This document shows, piece by piece, positions 55,491-64,000 of a DNA stretch of 64,000 nt (position 1 is the first letter of the stretch; the number at the start of each line of letters is the position of its first letter). The position numbers and the translations under genes were made by a program. The notes beneath the pieces were generated by a model. It saw only the letters and a program-made list of their open reading frames with translations, ran no database searches and was not told where the DNA came from. The DNA is from Octopus vulgaris (lineage: Eukaryota), in NCBI GenBank assembly GCA_951406725.2, contig OX597818.1:65162001-65226000 (forward strand). The letters are read 5' to 3'.

Positions 55491-56743
55491 TTTATACGAA
55501 TCTGTATTATTAATATTTGTTTGAACGAGTGCCTGTAAATGGAACGTCCATGTGTATGAAATTTGCCAAGAAATGACGGATAGCGTTCTCATATATTCAA
55601 TAACTGACGGAGGTTACCTACATTTATATGTATACGTGTGTGTGTGTGTGGGGGGGGTATGGGTGTACGTATATGGGATTGTCTGTGTCGGTGTGTTTAA
55701 ATGTATATATGTATATATATATATGTGTGTTTGTGCGTGTTTGTATGTGAGTGAGTACGTGTGTGAGGGATTGAATATCTACGTCTCGGGAAAAATAGCG
55801 TTGCATTAAAAGATGTGGGGAATTGGCTGTTTCGAATGGTTTTCTGCCACTTCAATGTTCCACTAAATATATCAGAATAGATTTATCAACTTACTCTATT
55901 AATCATTTCAGCAATTAGTTAAGTGATTGCTTATGTCTTTCAAGTTGGAAAGACGATATAATGATTAATTCAATTGACTTTTTTTTTTCTTTTTCCTTTT
56001 GTTTTGTTTTGTTCTTTTTTTGTTCACCAAAAGGGCAGTAGGTCTCGTTTATCACTGCATATAAACAATGATTGCTTAGTGCTATTCTTGTCAGCAAATC
56101 TTTCCTATTTTTATCTCACATAAATGTATCCTCCAATAAATCAGGGCCAGCTACAGTGGGGATCCTGCCAATAACCTCGTATGGATGCATAGCATTCGTA
56201 AACGATTTATAACGTGACCTTTGAACAAATACATCTCTTAAAATATTAATTCTTCTTAAAATATATATCCGCCCCAGATGTTCTGCTTGCATTTTTCGCT
56301 GTTTGGAAAGAATATTGCTTTGCAACCAAGGGTCCCGCATTCAGAAGGCTTTGGTAAACGAAAACTGAAAGAAGACTGTATTTACATGCCCGTAACGTAG
56401 TAGCGGTGCGACAAAAGGTAAGGATAAAATATGTTCCAGATATGTAAAGTAAATACATTGGTCGAGTCGTTCGTTCGACTAAAATTGTTGAGAGCGGTGC
56501 TGCAGCATGGCCGCAAATTAATGAATGAAACAATGAAATAATAAAATATATGTATTAGTCATTAGAATCCAACCATCCTAGAACAACAGCTGCAAGTATT
56601 TTTCTTTTTAAAAATTGATGTTTATTCTATCGCTATTATTTGCCGAACGACTAAGTTACGTGACGTAAAGAAACCAACAATGGTTAAGTTCAATTGAGGA
56701 CAAACAGACTCAGAGACACACAACCACAGACACTGACACCGAG

Positions 56744-56779
<36 letters not shown>

Positions 56780-56802
56780 ACACTCTCTCTCACACACACA
56801 CA

Positions 56803-57641
56803 CAGGGTGCGGTGAATATATTGTCGTCTAAATTACTCAAAAAATGAAAATAACATCAACTCATTTTAACAGATATATTTACCAAAATTACATAAAAATA
56901 TCTTGAAATACTAAAGAGTAAATTTATTCAATAAAATCGCTATTGGCTTCATCCACAGCCTCCAGACGACTTCAGAATCTCTTGCAACTCATCCGGATGG
57001 TTTCCTTCTTTAAGTTGCTTAATACTGCCATAATCCTTGCCTTCAGTTCACCTTTGGTGTAACAAGGCGTTTTGTTGATCTCTCGCTCACCTGCACCCCA
57101 CGCAAAAGAATCAAGGGCTTTGCAGTTAAGTGACCAGATGTTAGCGGTAGTGTGATCGCAGAAATTGTCTGACACCCATCACTGGTTTCTCCTGCTTTTC
57201 TGGCATGGTGCAAGTTCTTCTTGGTAGACATAGGGTCTACCAGCAGTTACCTTCTTCACTAACGCACTAACTCACCCAGGCCTCTGTGTTGAGTCTGTGC
57301 CCGTTTGGTAAGTTGATTAGTGGTATAACGTCGACATCACTAGTGATCACTCGAAACACAATGATGTTGACTGGATGTTCGAATTTTATCACCCTCGGTA
57401 CATGTTCTCAGATTGCACTGTTCTCAGATTGATACCCTAATGCTCAGAAACGTTCGTATATCAGTACATCATGTCATATCCAAAATATCTAGCGGAATGA
57501 ATTGCGTCATAATACCGTTTTTCACACAGAGATGCCCAACTGACCCTACCATACTGTGTAGTCGACAAAATCAAAAAAAAAACAATGCATATGCGCTAAA
57601 TTAAAAATATAAAATGGTGAGAATTTACCCATCGAACCCTG
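56803..57641 (-). mobile_element. Internally deleted Tc1/mariner-superfamily (maT/DD37D-like) transposon with decayed TIRs
   Basis: Left cagggtgcggtgaatatattgtc and right revcomp cagggttcgatgggtaaattctc (17/23 identical). Minus strand SDNFCDH..NIW..PLD..WGA.ERE.NKTPC.TK.ELKARI....NL.KET...CKRF..RLEAV.EA. Confidence 0.8.
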
Positions 57642-57667
57642 TGTGTAAATGTGTGTGTGTGTGTGTA

Positions 57668-57713
<46 letters not shown>

Positions 57714-57839
57714 TGTGTGTGTACACAACTGATTTTCTCAGTGTGTTTGTTCGTGGCTGTCTTTACATTTGGCCGTGCGTGTGTTTTCTGTGTAAAAATA
57801 TTCACTGCTTTATATGCTGCTACAAGTTAACCGTAATAA

Positions 57840-58328
57840 AATACGAAAGGACGAAAGGCGAAGTCCAACTCGGTGCAATTTGAACTCAGAATGTTAAAAA
57901 AGACGAAATACCTATTTCTTTATTACCCACAAGGGGCTAAACACAAAAGGGACAAACAAGGACAGACAAACGAATTAAGCCGATTATATCGACCCCAGTG
58001 CGGAACTGTTACTTATTTAATCGACCACGAAATGATGAAAGGCAAAGTCGACCTCTGCGGAATTTGAACTCAGAACGTAGCGCCAGACAAAATAACTATT
58101 TCTTTACTACCCACAAGGGGCTAAACACAGAGCGGACAAACACGGACAGACAAAGGGATTAAGTCGATTATATCGACCCCAGTGCGTGACTGGTACTTAT
58201 TTAATCGACCCCGAAAGGCTGAAAGGCAAAGTTGACCTCAGCGGAATTTGAACTCAGAACGTAGCGTCAGACGAAATACGGCTACGCATTTCGCCCGGCG
58301 TGCTAACCATTCTGCCAGTTCGCCGCCT
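57840..58328 (-). mobile_element. SINE family A, about 2.4-mer
   Basis: Three successive aatttgaactcagaa motifs; one head at the right end. Confidence 0.9.
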
Positions 58329-58831
58329 GACTACCTCCACAATAATAAATGTGCAACAGCTGTCAGTGTATATTTCAAGTATATTTAATTAAACAGTGCA
58401 GCTGGGAATGCCGCATGAGAAGCCGGTAAGAGGATATTAGTACAAAGATACATCATCTCTTGAAATCATTTAAATGTGTACGAAATCAAAATCACAGGTG
58501 CGCAGTTGTTATAGTTGGTTCGGCGTTGCGTTGTGGGGGACTCGAATTAATGATCTCGGAATTATTTTTTTCCTTAATTATATTCCTCATATGATTCCCT
58601 GCACAGTTCTTGTTAATAATGTTGCCACGGTGATACGATAAATAATTCTGGAGGGTCTAAAAATTAACGAATGACATGAGTCCATGCTGGTTCATTTCAA
58701 TAAGTTATGCTAACTCTTCAATATCAAATGCAAGTAAATTTCGCAGTTTCACTTTAGGCGTACAAGGGCGTGTGTATTTAAAACACACCCGAATACACAT
58801 ACAAAAGCATTTATATATATGTGTGTATGTA

Positions 58832-58889
<58 letters not shown>

Positions 58890-59004
58890 TGTATGAAGAG
58901 AGAGAGAGAGAGAGAGGAAGACAGAGAGAGAGAGAGAGAGAGATAGAGATACATATTTGTATATATATATGAATAATATATGTGTGTATATGTGTATATG
59001 TGAA

Positions 59005-59340
59005 GGCGCATGGCTCAGTGGTTAGAGCGTCGAGCTTACGATCGTGAGGTTGTGAGCTCGAATCCCGGACCGGGCTGCGTGTTGTGTTCTTGAGCAAGGC
59101 ACTTTATTTCACGTTGCTCCAGTTCACTCAGCTGTAGAAATGAGTTGCGACGTCACTGGTGCCAAGCTGTATCGACCTTTGTCTTTCCCTTGGATAACAT
59201 CAGTGGCATGGAGATGAGAGGCTGGTATGCATGGGCGACTGCTTGTCTTCCATAAACAACCTCGCCCGGACTTGTGTCTAGGAGGGTAACTTTCTAGGTG
59301 CAATCCCATGGTCTGCGTCGTGACCGAAGGGGGTCTCCGA
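59005..59340 (+). mobile_element. tRNA-derived SINE family C
   Basis: ggcgcatggctcagtggttagagcg..gagctcgaatcccggac (good A/B boxes), then gtgttcttgagcaaggcacttta..cactcagctgtagaaatgagt conserved-domain-like segment. Confidence 0.85.
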
Positions 59341-59409
59341 TGTATATATATACTTATGTATATATATTATTTAAACATATATATATGTATATATACATAT
59401 ACATGTATA

Positions 59410-59463
<54 letters not shown>

Positions 59464-59582
59464 AATCAAGGAACGGCCATAATAGGCCATTCACCCACTA
59501 GAAATAACAGCCAAAAGCTTTAACCGCAAAATAACGTCAATTCCGTAAACCAGGAGAAAATCAAAAAAACATTTACCCTGTA

Positions 59583-59689
59583 ATTTCTTAGACGATGCAC
59601 CGTTTCATCTACTGTTTAATGGAAAACTAACCTGATTAAATTAAATCAAGCCAATCTACCATAGGCCCTTAGATTCATCAGTAAGAAAT
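59583..59689 (-). ncRNA. Type I hammerhead ribozyme, copy 1
   Basis: Reverse complement of 60996-61102; GUC cleavage C corresponds to position 59591. Confidence 0.85.
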
Positions 59690-60073
59690 AGCCAAGCCGG
59701 AACAGATATTTTTCACGAGGCATTCTCGTTGCTACCTCGTCAATATCTGACCTAAAATTTTCAAATCGTCGCACTCGCGCCAAATTTATCGGCAGCAAAT
59801 AAATATAAGCCGCCGATTCCATTACGGAATTAACCAGAAAATTCATAATTAATCAATATAGGGTGGCAAAAAAAATTTTGTAGAATTCTTTTGCCACCAG
59901 CGGCCTAGTGGGAAAAAATTAAATAGTCATAAACCATTTTTAAGTTCAACATCACAATCAAGGAACGGCCATAATAGGCCATTCACCCACTAGAAATAAC
60001 AGCCAAAAGCTTTAACCGCAAAATAACGTCAATTCCGTAAACCAGGAGAAAATTAAAAAACATTTACCCTGTA

Positions 60074-60180
60074 ATTTCTTAGACGATGCACCGTTTCATC
60101 TACTGTTTAATGGAAAACTAACCTGATTAAATTAAATCAAGCCAATCTACCATAGGCCCTTAGATTCATCAGTAAGAAAT
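60074..60180 (-). ncRNA. Type I hammerhead ribozyme, copy 2
   Basis: Same motif, 491 bp from copy 1. Confidence 0.85.
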
Positions 60181-60564
60181 AGCCAAGCCGGAACAGATAT
60201 TTTTCACGAGGCATTCTCGTTGCTACCTCGTCAATATCTGACCTAAAATTTTCAAATCGTCGCACTCGCGCCAAATTTATCGGCAGCAAATAAATATAAG
60301 CCGCCGATTCCATTACGGAATTAACCAGAAAATTCATAATTAATCCATATAGGGTGGCAAAAAAAATTTTGTAGAATTCTTTTGCCACCAGCGGCCTAGT
60401 GGGAAAAAATTAAATAGTCATAAACCATTTTTAAGTTCAACATCACAATCAAGGAACGGCCATAATAGGCCATTCACCCACTAGAAATAACAGCCAAAAG
60501 CTTTAACCGCAAAATAACGTCAATTCCGTAAACCAGGAGAAAATTAAAAAACATTTACCCTGTA

Positions 60565-60671
60565 ATTTCTTAGACGATGCACCGTTTCATCTACTGTTTA
60601 ATGGAAAACTAACCTGATTAAATTAAATCAAGCCAATCTACCATAGGCCCTTAGATTCATCAGTAAGAAAT
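60565..60671 (-). ncRNA. Type I hammerhead ribozyme, copy 3
   Basis: Same motif, 491 bp from copy 2. Confidence 0.85.
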
Positions 60672-60995
60672 AGCCAAGCCGGAACAGATATTTTTCACGA
60701 GGCATTCTCGTTGCTACCTCGTCAATATCTGACCTAAAATTTTCAAATCGTCGCACTCGCGCCAAATTTATCGGCAGCAAATAAATATAAGCCGCCGATT
60801 CCATTACGGATTTTTTTGCCACCCTATATTGATTAATTATGAATTTTCTGGTTAATTCCGTAATGGAATCAGCGGCTTATATTTATTTGCTGCCGATAAA
60901 TTTGGCGCGAGTGCGACGATTTGAAAATTTTAGGTCAGATATTGACGAGGTAGCAACGAGAATGCCTCGTGAAAAATATCTGTTCCGGCTTGGCT

Positions 60996-61102
60996 ATTTC
61001 TTACTGATGAATCTAAGGGCCTATGGTAGATTGGCTTGATTTAATTTAATCAGGTTAGTTTTCCATTAAACAGTAGATGAAACGGTGCATCGTCTAAGAA
61101 AT
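60996..61102 (+). ncRNA. Type I hammerhead ribozyme, copy 4
   Basis: Stem I ATTTCTTA(60996-61003)/TAAGAAAT(61095-61102); CTGATGA 61004-61010; stem II ATCTA/TAGAT (61011-15/61074-78); GAAA 61079-82; stem III ACGGTGCATCGT; GTC 61092-94. Confidence 0.87.
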
Positions 61103-61323
61103 TACAAGGTAAATGTTTTTTAATTTTCTCCTGGTTTACGGAATTGACGTTATTTTGCGGTTAAAGCTTTTGGCTGTTATTTCTAGTGGGTGAATGGCCT
61201 ATTATGGCCGTTCCTTGATTGTGATGTTGAACTTAAAAATGGTTTATGACTATTTAATTTTTTCCCACTAGGCCGCTGGTGGCAAAAGAATTCTACAAAA
61301 TTTTTTTTGCCACCCTATATTGA

Positions 61324-61354
<31 letters not shown>

Positions 61355-61366
61355 CATACACACATA

Positions 61367-61777
61367 GGCGCAGGAGTGGCTGTGTAATAATTAGTTTACT
61401 TACCAAACACATGGTCCCGGGTTCAGTCCCACTGCGTGGCACCTTGGTTAAGTGTGTGTTCTACTGTTGCTTCAGGCTGATCAAAACCTTGTGAGTGAAT
61501 TTGGTAGACAGAAACAGAAGAAGCCCATTATATAATATACTTATGTGTGTTTGTGTGTGTGTCTGTGTATGTGTGTTTTTTTTGCCCCCCCCCCCCCCCC
61601 ATCATCGCTAGAATGTTGGTGTGTTTACGTTCCCGTATGCTAGCGGTTCGGCAATAGAGACCGATAGAATAAGCACTAAAGTTACAATGAATATGTCCCG
61701 GGGTCGTTTTGTTCAACTAAAGTCGGTGCTCCTGCATGGCCATAGTCCAAGAACTGAAACCAGGAAAAGAATAAAAG

Positions 61778-61780
<3 letters not shown>
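61367..61780 (+). mobile_element. SINE family B
   Basis: aggcgcaggagtggctgtg head through ctgaaac..aaaagaataaaagaata tail. Confidence 0.88.
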
Positions 61781-61828
<48 letters not shown>

Positions 61829-61977
61829 ATTATTTGGAAAAGTTTGATTCGAACCCATGCGACTTAAAATCTCTGTAAGATAATATAATAGAGGGTGACC
61901 CATAAATAAGTTTGCTGTTATTCTTTTACATTCATATACTGTTTAGATCCTAATTATCAAAATAAAAATACGAAACC

Positions 61978-62010
61978 ACTAGCAGAGATACCCGGCGTTA
62001 CCCGTGTTAC
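61978..62010 (+). mobile_element. Possible Helitron/Helentron-type terminal motif
   Basis: actagcagagatacccggcgttacccg resembles the ACTAGC..CCCGGCGTT.C.CG ends of non-autonomous Helitrons (from recall); it precedes a tandem array. Confidence 0.4.
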
Positions 62011-62164
62011 ATACAATTGAAGAATTAGACTTTTCTCTTATATTTTCTCTAATGAACCGCTAACTGCAATATCTATGTTTCGAATTTCATCAAAATTACA
62101 GATGAGGGTTATTTCCCTATTTACAACCACGCCCCCCCACAAAAAAAATTGTGATCGTGTGATC

Positions 62165-62365
62165 AATGAAGGCCATATATAAAATGAACTAGCAGTTCGC
62201 CAACCATTATCGATAAAATGAATTAACGGTTCGCCAAACGTGTTCGATAAAATGACTTTGCGGTTCGCCAAACGATATCGATAAAATGACTTAGCAGTTC
62301 GCCAAACCTGATCGATAAAATAATGTAGCTGTTTGCCAAACGTAATCGATAAAATGACCTAGCGG
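62165..62365 (-). repeat. 34-bp satellite, about 6 copies in reverse orientation
   Basis: Repeated atcgataaaatga...gcggttcgccaa. Confidence 0.9.
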
Positions 62366-62612
62366 TTCCTCAGGATATACGGGATGCTAACATCATTACG
62401 CTTTACAAAAACAAAGGTGACCGTGGTGATTGTAACAATGACCGTGGAATATCTCTTCTAAGCACTGTTGGAAAGGCCTCTGCTCGCGTTATCCTGTCCA
62501 GGCTGCAACTGCTTGCTTCTCGAATTTATCCAGAATCGCAGTGTGGCTTTGAAAGAAGCAGATCAGCTATTGACATGATATTCTCCATACGCCAACTGCA
62601 GGAGAAATCCAG
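62363..62612 (+). pseudogene. RTE-clade LINE reverse transcriptase N-terminal fragment
   Basis: VPQDIRDANIITLYKNKGDRGDCNNDRGISLLSTVGKASARVILSRLQLLASRIYPESQCGF..RSAIDMIFSIRQLQEK. Confidence 0.9.
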
Positions 62613-62812
62613 ATTCTGGATAAATTCTGCGATTCTGGATAAATTCGAGAAGCAAGCAGTTGCAGCCTGGACTGGATAACGCGAGCAGAGGCCTTTCCAA
62701 CAGAGCTTCGAAGAGATATTCCACGGTCATTGTTCCACGGTAATTCAATCACCACAGTCACCTTTGTTTTTGTAAAGCGTAATGATGTTAGCATCCCGTA
62801 TATCCTGAGGGA
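62613..62812 (-). pseudogene. Inverted duplicate of the same RTE RT fragment
   Basis: Reverse complement of about 62366-62540 with small local duplications (ttctggataaattc x2; ttccacggt x2). Confidence 0.9.
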
Positions 62813-64000
62813 CTGCTATGTTATTTTATCGATCACGGTTGGCGAACCGCAAAGTCATTTTATAGATATCGTTTGGCGAACCGTTAATTCATTTTATCGA
62901 ACATGTTTGGCGAAACTTTAATTCATTTTATCGGTAATGGTTGGCGAACTGCTAGTTCATTTTATCGATCATGTTTGGTGAACAGCTAGATCATTTTATA
63001 GATATCGTTTGGCGAACCGCTAATTCATTTTATAGATATCGTTTGGCGAACCTTTAATTCATTTTATCGATAATAGTTGGCGAACCGCTATGTCATTTTA
63101 TCGATCTTGTTTGGCGAACCGCTATTCGTTTTATCGATCACGTTGGGCGAACCGCTAGCTCATGTTATCGATCATATTAGGCGAACTGCTAGGTCATTTA
63201 ATCGAACACGGTTGGCGAACAGCTAGGTCATTTTATCCATCTCGTTTGGCGAACCGCTAATTCATTTTATAGATATCGTTTGGCGAACTGGTAATTCATT
63301 TTATCGATCATGGTTGGCGAACCGCTAGGTCATTTTTATCGATCAGAGTTGGCGAACCGCTAATCATTTTATCGATCACGATTAGCGAACCGCTAATTCA
63401 TTTTATCGATTCCGTGGGCGAATCGTTAAGTCATTTTATCCATCACGGTTGGCGAACCGCTAGTACATTTTATCAATCACGTTTAGCGAACCGCTAATTC
63501 ATTTTATCGATCACGTTTGGCGTACCGATAAATCATTTTATCGATTACTTTTGGCGAACCACCAGGTCATTTTATCGATCACGTTGGGCGAACCACTTAT
63601 GTCATTGTATCGATCAGTCTTGGCGAACCGCTAGGTCATTTTATCCATCACGTTAGGCGAACATCTAAGTCTGACAGCCATCACTAGTCATTTTATCGAT
63701 TATATTTGGCGAACCGCTAGGCATTCTATCGATACGTTTGGCGAACCGCTAAGTTATTTTATCGAACAAGATTCGCGAACCGTTCGGTCATTTTATCGAT
63801 CTCGTTTGGTGAACTGCGAAGTCATTTTATCGATCGCGGTTGGCGAACCGCTAAGTCATTTCCTCGATCATTCTATCGAACGTTTGGCGAACCGCTAAGT
63901 TATTTTATCGATCAAGATTGGCGAACCGTTAGGTCATTTTATCGATCTCGTTTGGTGAACTGCGAAGTCATTTTATCGATCGCGGTTGGCGAACCGCTAG
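62813..64000 (+). repeat. 34-bp tandem satellite (consensus about ttggcgaaccgctaagtcattttatcgatcacgt), roughly 34 copies, running off the window end
   Basis: Direct reading; diverged units with conserved ggcgaac and ttttatcgat blocks. Confidence 0.93.

Larger units (their letters stand above)
59460..61330. mobile_element. Candidate non-LTR retrozyme: 491-bp monomer, about 2.75 direct copies (59460-60810, ribozyme strand minus) plus about 1.06 inverted copy (60811-61330, ribozyme strand plus), inserted in (TA)n
   Basis: Near-identical units starting at about 59460, 59951 and 60442; each carries a canonical hammerhead; both ends abut TA tracts. Confidence 0.85.

Noticed and set aside
59005-59077. 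tRNA gene
   Set aside because: A/B boxes are present, but the acceptor stem is poor and the sequence continues into a SINE body; the same applies to the heads at 9085, 34951 and 44766
59857-59898. tatagggtggc.. as a Tc1/mariner TIR for the 491-bp array
   Set aside because: It is an internal hairpin in every unit, and the array's outer ends are not inverted repeats of each other
59646-61039. Repeated 64-83 aa ORF (MNFLVNSVMESAAY...) in the 491-bp unit
   Set aside because: No recognisable motif; it overlaps the ribozyme and structured stems, and its recurrence is explained by near-identical repeats. Coding is not supportable without ribosome or proteomic data
62813-64000. CRISPR-like appearance of regular ~34-bp repeats
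   Set aside because: Units are contiguous with no unique spacers, there are no cas genes, and the context is eukaryotic; it is a satellite

Overview
AT-rich, microsatellite-saturated eukaryotic non-coding DNA (intergenic or a large intron). The repeat repertoire strongly resembles an octopus/cephalopod genome; this is inferred from recalled repeat families and is unverified. No intact host gene is supportable, and almost all listed ORFs are translated simple repeats. Recognisable content: several families of tRNA-headed SINEs, decayed R4/Dong-type, RTE and CR1/L2-type LINE pieces, Penelope-like (PLE) GIY-YIG remnants, Tc1/mariner-type remnants, fold-back elements and a 34-bp satellite. The main discovery is a set of hammerhead-ribozyme (HHR) bearing non-autonomous retroelements. 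(1) At 59460-61330 lies a very young array of a 491-bp monomer: about 2.75 direct copies plus one inverted copy. Each copy carries a complete canonical type I hammerhead with an unusually long stem II, making it a candidate circRNA-producing retrozyme. (2) A tRNA-headed SINE family has a minimal PLE-type hammerhead in its 3' part; one copy shows the PLE inverted-end architecture and a 16-bp target duplication. (3) Further PLE-type hammerhead variants occur, with PLE GIY-YIG remnants as the plausible autonomous partners.
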